Origin: Azolla caroliniana
Lineage: Eukaryota > Plantae > Polypodiophyta
NCBI GenBank assembly: GCA_043228905.1
Contig: JBHGNT010000009.1
Coordinates: 9,672,001-9,736,000 of the forward strand
Length of the DNA: 64,000 nucleotides
Direction: 5' to 3'
Positions 47,310 through 60,600 of the stretch are shown one piece after another. Both the position numbers and the translations under genes were made by a program. Under the pieces are notes generated by a model, which was not told the origin of the DNA, made no database searches, and saw nothing but the letters and a program-made list of their open reading frames with translations. Position 1 is the first letter of the stretch, and every line of letters starts with the position of its first letter.

Positions 47310-49696
47310 CTCTTCTCTTCCCATCCGTAAGGACCCGTTTCCTAACAAACAGTTCCATAACCGAGAAATATACGCTAAGTGCATGGGTGCCAACTTGGTT
47401 CTTTTATCCCTGGGGATGAATGCATAGGCTTTGCATCTGAATGAATATATGGAGCTTGTCATAGGTCGCTTGTTTGTCTGACCATAGTGCTTGTGGCACT
47501 TCAAGCCATACTACTCTCGATGGCTAGAGATTTTTCAAATATACTGTCGTCTGCAACACTTCTGCCTAGAATTCTAGCTTCAACCCATATTGTTGGACCA
47601 TTGTCGTGACTCTCTCTTGGATCATTCGGTTGATCCATTTTGCCATGTCATTCTGCATGGGGGTATAGGGAACAATCTTTTGATGACAGATCCCTTTGTC
47701 AGATTGGAGTGTCTTTACTTGGTGTCCTGATTGGTTCTTTACTTCGGTTAACCATCGAGAGAAGACCTTGAGTGCTTCATCTTTCAACCTAATCAAGTAG
47801 GCCTAGAATTTCCATGTACAATCATCTACAAATGTGGCGAAGTACCGGGAGCCTCCTAGTGACCTTTCAAGAATCGACCCACATATATCTATGTGGACCA
47901 GTTCTAAGGGTTGTCGTACAATCTCGTAGTGGAGAGAGTGCGGAGTTTGGGTCTGTATCCAGTAACGACAATGCTTGCAGAAGTCCATCTTTGACTAGAG
48001 TTTTGGGATGTATCCGATCGCAATTAGCCATTCCAGTTCAGCTTCCAACATGTGGCTAAGTCGGCCATGCCATAAGTTCAATTCTGATGAATCGGCTACG
48101 TTCACAGCCCCTTCTAAATTGATCGCCATCAATGGATACAAGTTGTTGTACTTATATACACAACCGGTTTTCATATCCCTCGGTTGATCATCCATGACGA
48201 CTCATTAAGAGTCATTCGGTACCTAGCTTCAGATTCCATAGCTCGAGTACATGTTGGACTCGTTGCAAGGTGATAGTATTGCCATTCGGCAAATAGATGG
48301 GGACCTCTCTAATCTCTGCGATTATGCACTCTTGCCCGTTTTGCCTAGTCGGACTATGGCGCTGACTATTGCCGAATAGTTTGAAAGACATTTGGTGTTG
48401 GGGGTCACGTGAAATGTGGCTCCAGTAGCCACATTCGCATGTTTTGCATGATATATAGAACTTCACCGATCGACGAATCTTCCTGGGAGAGGATTTCTCC
48501 CAATTGGGATTCAGTAACATTGATTTGGTTGCCAACTCAAGAGTGATCCGAGTCGAACTATCTTGGATTCTGCTCGAATCGTTGTCCACTCTCCTTTTTT
48601 GTTGATTGACAAATAGTCAACAATGTTGTGACCGGCTTTTCTGCAATGTGTGCAATAGGCATCCGGCTTGCCGTTTCGTGACTTTGGTCGTTGTCGATTA
48701 TTGTTCGTCCTTCTCGGTCGACTAGTGACACTAGTCGACCGGTTCTTCCAGTTGGATCGATCGAGTAGTAAGCTTTTGCCAAATCATCCATGGTGAGACC
48801 CATCGATTTTTGCCGAATATCCTCCATGAGAACCTGTTTGATTGTTTCGTCCAGGTTCAGATTTGGGCAACTGTTGGCGAATGTCGTGCAGAATATCTCC
48901 CAACTCACCGGCAAGCTCGAAAAGAGGGCAAGGGATTTAGCTTCTTCTTCAAAGTTAATCCCTTGGGAGGAGAGCTCAGACAACACTCAACTAAAGGTGT
49001 TGATGTGGGAGGTTGTTGGATGCATCTCTCTCATCTTCATGTTGAAAAACTGTCAAATCAATATTAGCTTCGATGAGGAGGATTTTTTCTCATACACAGT
49101 CCGAAGTTTCTCCCACAAAGAGAATGTTGTCGTCTCCTTTGCCATGCTGAAATAGACATTCTCAGCCAGATGCATCCTAATGGTCGATTTGGCTATCTCG
49201 TCCATAGATCGCCATTCTTTAGCAGACATTGATGCCAACTTGAGGTTGTGTTGACTGGTTTTAACTTGTCGTCGGATGATAAGAACATCCTACATCTTTT
49301 CTTTCTAGAGGGCAAAGTTCTTTCCGTCGAACTTCTGGATTTCCACATTCGTGCTCGACTGTGTTGTCATTTTCCTGAAAGTGGATGTTATTGACCTAGT
49401 CTTTTCTCTCATCTAGATAGCTTCTCTTCTCAGGTTTTCTGTTGGTCGTTGCCGCCGGATAGCAAGGTCACTCTGAAACCACTTGTGGAAGATGATATGT
49501 GGAAGAATATGTGAGGACATGTCTATTAGTGTACAACAAACAACACAGATGAACTAGAGAAGACGGTAAGCAAGAATGAGTATATACAATTGAAGCTCTA
49601 ATGGAAACTATATTTCTCTTCTATAACTCTCTCTCTCACACAACGTTACAATTGGGCTTATATATACAGAACCCCTAACTCGAAGACGTGTTCACA
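47310..49696 (-). mobile_element. Decayed Tnt1-like copia 5' half: LTR 49484-49696, PBS 49470-49481, gag to integrase
   Basis: KFDGKNFAL, AKSTIRMHL, SSLPVSWE, LWHGRLSH, VHIDICG, FVDD. Degenerate PBS tggtttcagagt. Confidence 0.8.
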
Positions 49697-50740
49697 CTAA
49701 GGATACAAAGTGGAAGCAGAAGGCCTTTGATGCCAACAAGTTGAACACATCATATATGCTCGAGAGTGCCTATCTCCTTTTCTCATTCCAATCTTCAAGC
49801 GTGCCCTCGCCGAGGGTTTTCCACCACAGTGGACCATGAACACAGTGGTCCCTATACATACAGGAGGGGACCCACCCAAATACATAGGACCATTGCGATA
49901 GGTCATACGCTCGCTAAAATATATGGTGCAGTAATGGAAGCAAAGCTCAACGATTATATAGAGAACTTAAGTCTTTGAGTACCTAAATAGGCTGGTTTTA
50001 CACGAGCCTTCTCTACTATTGACCATATATTCACACTTAGATGCTTACTTGACCAAATGAATGCTCGCAAGAAGAAATTATATTGTTGTTTTGTGAACTT
50101 TTGCAAAGACTTTGACACAGTCTCTAGAGAGCGGTTGTTTGATAGGCTTAAAATCATGGAGATACCCGACGACATGATTTAGGACATCAATGCTTTATAT
50201 GAGCAAGTCTGTTGGTGCGTACGATGCCCGGATGGCCTATCCAATTGCTTCAATAGCACCATTGCTGTAAAACAAGGTTGCCCCCTATCACTGAATCTTT
50301 TTGGGATCTACATTGATGAGATCACTAATTTTATTGCTCGTAAGGGAGGCAACAGACTAGTCCTTGGGGGTACGCAAGTTAGTGTCTTGCTCTATGTAGA
50401 TGATGTAGTTTTGCTTTGAGTCAGAACACGACCTACAAAGGTCATTACTGACCCCTTCCCTCATGTATGCATCAGTGGGTTGGGCTACCATCTTTCATGT
50501 GGATGCAATTAGAGAAACCATTGGTTACGATATTATTACGTCAACTCTACAGCAAATCGACAGTTCCACATGACATTATTAGAGGAGAGTTCACTTTACC
50601 CCTGATGTTAGTAGAAGCACTTTTCCAACTTGCAGTTTTTATTCATAGGATATATAGCTAACCACAAGATAGGATATCTCATCAAGATTTTGAGGCATCT
50701 TGATCACTCTATGAGTCTGGAGATATTATCTCTTTGTATA
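49697..50740 (+). pseudogene. Decayed LINE reverse transcriptase fragment
   Basis: STIDHIFTLR, CCFVNFCKDFDTV, VKQGCPLS and LLYVDDVVLL remnants, with stops. Confidence 0.8.
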
Positions 50741-50767
50741 ACATTGTGGTGTGTTATGTACACATAA

Positions 50768-53700
50768 TGTTGGTAAGGGTAGGTCACTAATATTTACATT
50801 AGTGAAGGGTATGTTCACTAATGTTAAAAAGGGGACTAATGATTGGATAGAAGGAATGATAGATGTATGCACTACCATGATTTGGACAACCAATGAATGG
50901 AGAGCCTTTTAGAAAGGCACATCTATTCATGGGGCCTAGGAAAATGTATAAATATGAGGCTTAGCTACCCTCATAAGGACATTACGTCGGAAGGCTGCTG
51001 TCTTAGACACCGGTGGTGCGGGCTAGGCTTTCGTCTCAACGATCGTGTTTATCTCTTCCAAGGTATTAGTCATCCTAATATCCTGCGGTATGGGACGTCG
51101 GTGGTAGGTTGGCTATGTCTAGATCATAACTCGGGGGTGGTCGGGTGGAACAGGTTCTTCTATCCAATCTATTTTCCTTCTTTTACTTTACTTTGGTCTA
51201 TTGATTAGTAATAGACTCTTAACAATGGTATTAGAGCTTTTACTAACAATTTTTTTGTTGTTTTGATATTTTTTGTGTGTGAGCGATGGGGATCTAACAA
51301 GGCTCGTCATGCTCTTCTCATGATCAAAACAACATTCTAAACCCGGTATTCTTCTTTCTTGATCTCTCTTGTTTCTATGATACATTCTTGTTGGTCGAAT
51401 CAATTTTGTATTACGTTTTCTTTTCTTTTATTTCTTCTTTCTACCACGATACGATTTTAATTATTATTGTGCATCGGGCTGAGCGTGTTTGCACTAATCG
51501 CACACGCTCAACTCATGGCCCTTTTGTATATTGCGATGTATCTCCTATGCTCCCCTCTCTTGAGCCTTCTCTTACGATATTAATTATTTTTGTGCATTGG
51601 GTCGAGCGTGTTTGCCCTACTCGCACACGCTCACCTCATGGCCCTTTTGCATATGATGTTGAGTATGCCACTCTTCCCTCTATTCAGCTATCACTTGATC
51701 GAGTCTATGGGATGTTGTGGCCATGACGAGGTGTATGTCTCCTACCTATGCCACTCTACTCTTTATTGAGCCATCACTTGGCCGATTCTAAGGAGATGTG
51801 GTGGTCTTGAGGAGGTGCATATCGACTACTCTAGGGTTTCGTACCTTAAGGCATGCTTAATGTTCCATACACCTAATTGCTTATTATTCTAATTAATTTC
51901 TAATTCCACAAATTGTAATTTCACTTATATGATTATCTCGTAATTATTGTTTACTCGCCCACAATTAACTCTCCTTTTCCCCCTTCCTTTTCGTGTATAA
52001 AGTATTTACGTGCGTTTACCTATGATGTAATGCTTCCATGTAGACTATTTGTTTCGTATGGAGTGGGCATTATGCCATTTTTTTTGAACTATTTTTTCCA
52101 ATGGATCATCTACGTTTAACTCATATTATCGAGCCTTAGAAATCGAGTAAAACCACATGAGTTCCTCTATTGATGTTTCTTCATGGATTTGAGTACCACA
52201 TCTTTGTGTATCAATTTGTGGCTTATGTCACAATTGTGCAAATTACAACCATCATATTGGGATGTATATGTGCATACCTCGTACCTCTAATTTATTTGTG
52301 ACATTGTTATTTTAGTAGGTAGGACATGGGTTTTTTGACCCTTGTTTTCGTCACTACTTGCCTCTAATGGGTAGTGCCTTATTTTATCATTTTTATTATC
52401 ACATTTGCTTGTTACTCGCAAGACTGGAATATTACTTGCAAGTGCACTTGTTTTTTTTCACGTAATACACTTTCTCGACCATATCAATACATGTTGGGTC
52501 AACTGGCATTCTCATATAAGGCTAACTAGGAAACTACATTGATGTTAGAACCATGGTTGAGCCTCGGGGAGCCGCCGTGATTATTCAAGATAGAGATCCG
52601 AGAAATACATCTTAGCTATGTTTTCCCCCATGGTTTTTAAAACACCATAGTGTTACCATAGTTATCGAATCTCGAATCACATCTCATATGTCTGGAGCAG
52701 TAAAGACGTGAAATGCTTTCTTGGTTGAGTTCTTACAATCAAAATTTCAAGCATTCATTTTGCTTGTGTATTTTCTGAACCTCATTTATATTGCATACCC
52801 ACATCTTGCATCATGGAACAAGTTTTGAATGTTATTGGAGCAATCTCTCCGACCGAGACCTCTCAACTCCAATCCGCATCTTGCATACAAGCTGAGACAC
52901 TATTGAGCAATTGCTCACTACTACCTTGAATCAATTGGCCGAAATGAGGTAGGCCAATATGGCATTGGAAAAGAAATTCCAAAAATTGACTATTGAGTCC
53001 AAGAAAGAAGGTGAGCCTTCTTTCGTAGTAACGCCATTCAAGGGAGATAAGAAAGAAAGAACCGAGGAGGCCATTAGCACTTGGCTTAGTCATTGGGAGT
53101 CTCACTTTGAGCACCACCCCAAGCTCGATGTGGTAAAAATTGGTTATGTCGGTAGTGAGTTAGGTGGCCGAGTTGCTGCTTGGTGGCGCGACCTAAGAAC
53201 TGCAAAGAGCTTACCCACAACTTGGGAAGGTTTCGTTGATGTTTTTAAGAAACAATTTTTGCATCCACCTTCTCAAACTAAACAAGCGCAACACTTGCTC
53301 ACGTTGTCAAGTAATCCATTTACCTCTCTCGAGGATTATGTGCATCATGCTTGGACCCAGATCAAAAAATGGGGAACTACGGGTGAGAAATGGTTTGTTG
53401 CTTGCTTTTTGAATGGTATTCCTAATGGGGATTACCATTGGACTGTCCATGGCAAGGACCCCACAACTTTTGAGGAAGCCGTCAACATTGTACTTCGGTA
53501 GCATAGGACTTCCAAGAAAGACCACAATAAACCTAAGTTCGACAAAACTCCAAATGTCAAGTTCATTGGGAAACATAAGCAATCCAATGACACTATTGAC
53601 CGCGACTCCAAGAAACCTAACCTTTTCTGTGCATATTGCAAGAAGCGGGGCCACACAAAGGATACTTGTTGTCGTCTTGAGAGGAAGTCAATGAACACCC

Positions 53701-54550
53701 CTCCTCAAGACAAATCTACGAGTCACACAGGTGAGTCTTTTGATGTTGTTGAAGTTCATACCAAGCACTTAAGTTCATGTGAATGCACTTTTCCTTCACA
53801 TTTACTTGGACCTAATGATTTGCTCCGAGCAGTCGGGTATATCAATGGAACACAAGCACAATTCTTGTTTGATTCCGATAGTTCTCACAATTTTCTTAAT
53901 GATCACTTTGTGCAATAAATGGAACTCCACAAAACACAAGTGATCATATCTATCAAGTTCACATGGCAAATGGAAGCCTTCAATACATCAGTGGCATTGT
54001 TTGCCAATTCAAATAGATACCTATTTGGAGAAGCTTGACTTTCATGTTATGAAACTACAATCCGCAGTTGTCATTTTAGGATACCCTTGGTTTTTTAACA
54101 AAAACCCTTCTTTGTCCATTGATTGCGTTAATCACTCAATCACATTTGAACTTAATAATTGTAAACATTTTATTCAATGTTCCAAACTTCCTTCTCGTTC
54201 ACTTGTGTCTTCTAAATCTTTAAGTGAGTATTCTAGTTCATTAATTTATTCGTGTAATTGATTCTGCGCTTCAATTTTATTATTTTAATGTTGACGCCAC
54301 ACCATAATCACATTATGAACAAAGATTACGCGACTCTATTTTAGATGATTTTCAAGATGTGTTTTCTAATGAATTGTCGCTTTCTTTACCTCGAAAACAT
54401 AATGTGGACCATCAAATTGAACTCATCCCCGGTGTTGCTCCTGTGAACATTCCACCTTACCGACTTAGTCGATTAGAAGAGGATGAGATCGCTAAACAAC
54501 TTAAGGAATACTTGAATATGGGTCACATTAGGTATAGTAACTCACCTGAA
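50768..54550 (+). mobile_element. Decayed Ty3/gypsy element: LTR 50768-51224, tRNA-iMet PBS, long leader, gag-PR-RT start
   Basis: TGTT...AACA LTR and PBS tggtattagagc at 51226-51237. gag ORF 52959-53501, CAYCKKRGHTKDTC, FLFDSDSSHNF, VILGYPW, DHQIELIPG. Confidence 0.78.
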
Positions 54551-54864
54551 TCTCTCATGAGGACCATAATAAAGTAATATGCTAGGAAATATGGAAAATT
54601 TACACTTGATATAAATGGATCAACCCACTAGAGCCACTCCCATCTAAAATGTTGTACTATAAGGAACATTTCATGCACTTCTCTAAGTTATGTTTTATTA
54701 CATGACCAAAATATCTAGATACATTCTTACCAAATGCACTAATGTTTGCCATTAGACAACTTAGAATATCATCTCACCAACTTGACATTGAGAATAATCA
54801 TACTAATGGAGTCTAGAAGCCATGTTTGGGGTACCTTTAGACTTTAATATTGAGACCATGGGCC

Positions 54865-55065
54865 ACACCCACATCGAAATCCTTTGAGCTCTCGCTTCTT
54901 TTTGAGAGACTTGGATGGAAATGAAATTGGTCCTAGTACAAAGCCATTTCCTTTATAGAATATTTTTTGTACAATACTAGAATATTTTTAGCTTAAGTTC
55001 TATTTATTTATTTTTTGATAATTAGGTAAACAGCCCATTTTGTTGTAAATTAGTTGTCCCATGGG
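54865..55065 (+). repeat. Diverged copy of a dispersed repeat also found upstream of both chitinases
   Basis: acacccacatcgaaa...ttttgagagacttggatggaaatgaaa matches about 7610-7820 and 14437-14650. Confidence 0.75.
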
Positions 55066-57668
55066 CCAAATTTGGTCTTAGAAGACATTAGTATTTCTTT
55101 CTTTCTCCTAATGGTGTAGCATGCCCAAATGTAACAGAGTCGAAAGCCAACGATTAGCCTTCATCCAACAATGATCATCCTCTCCCTTTCTTGAGTCAAT
55201 GGGCCTCCACATAAGATGGAACTATCATGTCCCTATTGGGATTTGTATATAACATTCTCATCTATAAAATTTTATAACTAATGGAAGGAGTTTATTTTGG
55301 AAAAAAACATGGATAAAAGTGCAAGACTTTTACATCTTATTCATTAAACACCCACACAACATTTTAAAATACCTTAAATGTCAAAGAGTTACCAACCCTG
55401 CGGGTTTATAGGGATTTTATTTAAAGATTACAGAATAAAATATTTGTGAACTTAGTCGAAATGGTTCATAACTTCACATCAAAACTTTTCACATTATTCA
55501 TAATTGCATTCACCATATGATTTCCCATGTAGTTACTTCCACTATTGAGTTGACAAAGTTTTGGAAGCTGTGGAATAGGAATTTGCAGTTAGTTATAATG
55601 TCTTTTAAGAAGGAAGAAGATACATTGTTTCCATCATGTCAATTTGTAAAGAAGATTTTATCCATTTTTCTCCATGCAAAGAGGATTGAAGCTTTATAAT
55701 CTCATATTACGTTTTCCATCAAACAACATATTAAAGTTCATACATGTATTTATGATATTAAAAAATGTGGGGGGTTTTCCACTCAAGTGGAACCCACAAC
55801 TATAAAGGAAACAAGAAAAATGCAGGGGATATTTAAGTAATTTCAACAATACTTTTTGTGTATTCTTAATATGCTACTACTGAGGGGTAGCGTCGAAAAA
55901 AAATGAAAAGATAAAAATTAAAAAAACAACAACAAAAACAAAGATAAGAAAAACAAAGTGAAAAATAGAAATAAAGAACCTAGAGTTTGTGTGAGAGAAA
56001 GAGAGAAAACAAAGAAGAAGATAAAAGAGATGGCGAAAGTGATGGAGGAACCTTGAGACCATGTCAATCTTGACTAGCCCCAACAACCTACTCTTGTCAA
56101 TTGTGAAACAATCTTCTTCTTGTCATGATACAGTGACATAAACGGACAATTGACCATCGATATCACACAATACTCACATATAAAAGTAAACCTTCCTATC
56201 TTCTTCTTAGTTCTACGTCAAGGTAGGTGTGGGTGGATGTAGGATAACAAACAATGATATTGAGGGTGGTTTGATTCTGATCTAATCTCAAGGAGACGTG
56301 CTCCAAAATTCTACTAATGTTGGCTATGTTTTGCTTCCATGTGTATAGGGATAACCTATTTTCACTTGGTACCAAGTTTGTTGTAAACTTGATGGTTTAG
56401 TGATTCCACCATGACAATAATGGAACTTTGGATATTGACATTGTCATTCAATTTGTATGATTGGTAAACCTAAATGCAATTGAGAGTTTTTGTATTTGAG
56501 TTCCATATTTATAATCAATGAAAATTAAGGGAAAAAGAAAATGATTTCATGTCTTTATGTGTGCTTGTTGATTGAAATTTTGACGCCCCTATTTCCGCGA
56601 AGTGGTATTAGAGCCAAGGCTCATATGTTCTATAAGATTAGAGTATGGATGAATACCTCACTAGGATGCTTATGTTGGTTACCAAAGTAAAAAATGAGGT
56701 ATTTATAATGATGCAAGGATGTGTGGTTGTCGATACAATGTAATATGGCAAAACGTGAAAATGTAAATGTAGGGACTTGGGAATTCATGCATTTTAAAAC
56801 AATCATGTATATATGGTGATTTATTGACATGAGTTTATATAATAACTTTGATGGTTCAACCATAGTAGATGTGTCATGTGAGGAAATTGAGAGTGTATTC
56901 GAAACTAAGAATGGTATGAACAAAGTTTTTGTATATAGAAATATAGTAAGATTGAGATATGAGGATGGCTCAAGTATGGTGAGCACCAAAATGTATTTCA
57001 AGGGTTCATCAATCAAAGTATCTCCCTAGACGTACCTCTAGCAGATGAGGTATTTGCTTTATTTTGTTAGGTTCTCTCCTAGATAGTTGGGAAACAATTG
57101 TGGCGACACTTGGGAATTTAATACCACGAGGAAAGTTGATGTTGGATATACTTCAATCTAGTTTGGTTAAGGGAGAATCAAGATGAAACGAGCATGATTC
57201 GAGCTTTGATTGTAAAGACACAAGAACCACATCAAAATGAGAAATAAGTAATACCTAGGGTCCACAAAATAATAGAAATAACTTTAGGGGCAGGTCTAAG
57301 TTAAAAAATAATAATGATTTTAAGACAACTTCCATGCATGTATTATGGTGACCTCCACATCATTATGAGAGAGATTTCCAAAAGAAGAAGGGAGACCAAA
57401 AAAAAGGAACTACTGACAACAAGGAACCATTATTGTTTGTCATGATGATTGTGTCCCTTTAGCATGCTATGGTATCTAATGGAGAGCTCAATGTCGCTAA
57501 CAAGAATTACTTTATTGAGTTTTGGCACATGAGTAAAAAAAGACTAGAGGTTCTGGCAAGGAAGACTATAATTCTACATGAGGTAACAAGTATGCATTTG
57601 GAAACTTGTCTTAGCTAATAAACAACATAGAGTTTATTTTCAACATATACCTCCCAAAAGAAAATCTC

Positions 57669-60600
57669 TATAAAGAATCAAGAGATGGATTCTGTGCAGC
57701 GGAATAGATATGAGTTGTGTGTGTGTATGTGTGTATGTGTGTGAGAGAGAGAGACAAGGAGTAAGACACAGAGAATACGCAAGGTAAAGTATATTAACAA
57801 AGGAGAAAGACTCAACATTATCCAAGGTGGGAGGAGGGTGCTTTATATAGTCACCCTCTCTCTTCATTAACTAGAAGACTCACGGAGCATGGGGAATGTG
57901 AAAGCTCATAAGTTATGTGTCATAGAATATGATTCTATGACTCATACTAAATGCTAGAATACAAAGTGGTGACATAATGGTCACTCTTGACCGTTGGAGT
58001 GTCTATTTATTCTCAAGGTGAGTTCACACACTAGATCAAGTTGAGCTTGATTCTCAACACGCCCCCTCAAGCTCAAGTCTGTTCGGTTTTAGACGGTATC
58101 CGAAATCCGCATCGACTTGCATTACGGAGTCCGCGTCGACTCGCGTTGACTCGCATTTATGCGGAGTTGCGGAATCCATGCTCCAGCTTGCGTTGTGCGC
58201 AGTTGCGAAGTCTGTGCTTCATCTTGCGACTTTCTTCGCTGCTTTGTGCAATAGATCGGCTCTTCACGGCTTCGTTGCGTGGTTGCGGAATCCAAGCGTT
58301 ATTGCGTAGTGTCTTCAGTACTCCCCCTCAAGCTTGGCAAGTCAGGGATCATCAATCCGAGATCGGTCATGAATTGTCATAGCTTGTCGGCTCCTAAGGC
58401 TTTAGTGAAGATGTCGGCCATTTGAAGATTTGTGCTAATGTGTTGTAGGTCGACATCGCCAGCTAGAACACGCTCTCGGATGAAGTGATAGTGCACTTCG
58501 ATGTGCTTTGTTCACGTGTGGAACACCAGGTTCCGAGCTAGATAGATACCGGTCATGTTGTCGCAGTAAAGAGAAGTCGGATCCTTGATGGGTACGCCCA
58601 GATCCTTGAGTATCCTTTTGAGCCATATGGCTTCACATGCAGCCACTGCCGCGCCCCTGTATTCTGCCTCTATGCTCCAAAGAGCGACAATTGGTTGCTT
58701 TTTGCTGCTCCAGGATATTGCTCCGCTACCGAGGGAAAAAACAAATCTGGAGGTTGATCTTCTATCGGCTTTGTAGCCGGCCCAATCAGTGTCTGTGTAC
58801 CCCTCGAGTCATATTGGTATCGCGGTCTTGTAGAGGATGCCGCAATCCATTGTGCCGCTCACGTATCGTAAAACTCGCTTAGTGGAATCCAAGTGAGTAT
58901 CACACGGTGTTTGCATGAATTGACTAAGGAGACTGACCGGATAACTTAGATCGGGTCGAGTGATCATGAGGTAGATGAGACTCCCGATGAGTTGCCGATA
59001 CTGAGTCGGCTCACACGCTGTGGTGCCGGAGTTCGCATCTAGTTTAAGATTGCGATTGACCGGGGTTGCCACAGATTTGCACTCGGCCATACCGAACTTG
59101 TATAACAAGTTGAGTATGTAGTGCCGTTGAGAGATTATGATTCCATCCGGAGTCTGAATTACCTTGATGCCGAGGAAGTAGTGGAGCTCCTCCATGTCCA
59201 TCATCTCGAACTTGTCGAAAAGGAGGGATTTGACCTTATTGATTTCGACGAGATGCTCACCTCCAATGACTAGGTCGTCCACATATAAGATGATGACGAT
59301 CGGACTTGCGGAATCGCTTCGTATGTAGAGGGAGTTGTCCGATTTTGACATATGGAAGCGCATTTGATGAAGATATTGTGTTATCTTCGAATGCCAAGCA
59401 TGCGGTGCTTGCTTGAGGCCGTAGAGTGGCTTCTTGAGTCGGCATACAACTTTCGGATGGGTGCTCGAGTTGAAGTCGGGCGGTTGTATCATGTACACCT
59501 CTTCTAATTCGCCTTGTAGAAAGGCGTTATTGACGTCCATTTGGTGGAGGTGCCACCCTTTCGCTGCTGCAAGCGCAATTACAGTCCGTACCGTTGTCAT
59601 CTTGGCCACCGGGGCAAAGGTCTCCTCATAGTCAATTCCGTTCATTTGGGCGTAGCCTTTCGCCACGAGTCGCGCTTTGTAGCGGTTAACGGAACCATTG
59701 GCATTGTACTTCACTTTGTAAATCCATCTGCATCCGATTGGCTTTTTGTGTGGTGAGGTGGGAACGAGATCCCATGTCTTATTCTTGCGTAGTGCCTGCA
59801 TCTCCTCGTTCATGGCTTCGATCAATTGCGGATCCTTGGCTGCTTCAAAAAATGTTTCCGTCTCGCATACTGTCACCATCTTCATCATAAAGGCATAGTG
59901 ATATGCCATGTAGTCGTTGTAGCCGAATCGGCTAACCGGATTCTTTTCACGGGTGGAGCGAAGGAGTTTTTCATTTGCAAAGATGAGGGATTTCTTAGCT
60001 CTAATTGGTACATCGAAGCCGCCGAACTCACTGTCGAGTGAGTGAGTCGACTCATAGTCGTCGAAGCGATTGTCTTCGTATTCCGACATTTTCGCCTTGC
60101 CTTTGTCCATCTTCGGGCTAGGCCATGATGTGCTTTGATCTCTCAAAGGCTCTTGTGGTCCGCTCAGTCGGGTCGTGATTGGACTTTCTTCGAACATGCA
60201 CGTAAGGCGATCTTCGTCCTCTATCTCTTGTTCGACGGATTCCGGGTCGAGCATAGTCGGAGTCGGAGTTGTCTCTGGTGCGTACCAGGATGCAGACTCC
60301 TCAAAAACGACGTCTCGACTTACTCGAGATTTTCGAGAGTAGGGGTTATAGCACTTGTACCCCTTTTGCTCCAGTGAGTATCCTACGAGGATACATTTCT
60401 CCGACTTTGGATCTAGCTTTTGCTGCTTTTCGTCGGGTATGTGCAAGTATGCTATCGCGCCGAATATACGGGTGTGCGATAAGTCCAGCTTCTTTCCGAA
60501 GTATTTTCCGTGCGGAGTGATCTGGTGCACGCCGGATGTTGTGCACCGGTTCATTAGGTGAACGGCTGCATTTGCAGCTTCGGCCCAATATGAGTTGGGC

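Noticed and set aside
46779-49696. One complete element bounded by 46779-47303 and 49484-49696
   Set aside because: The two LTR-like segments do not resemble each other, and there is no RT/RH or TSD.
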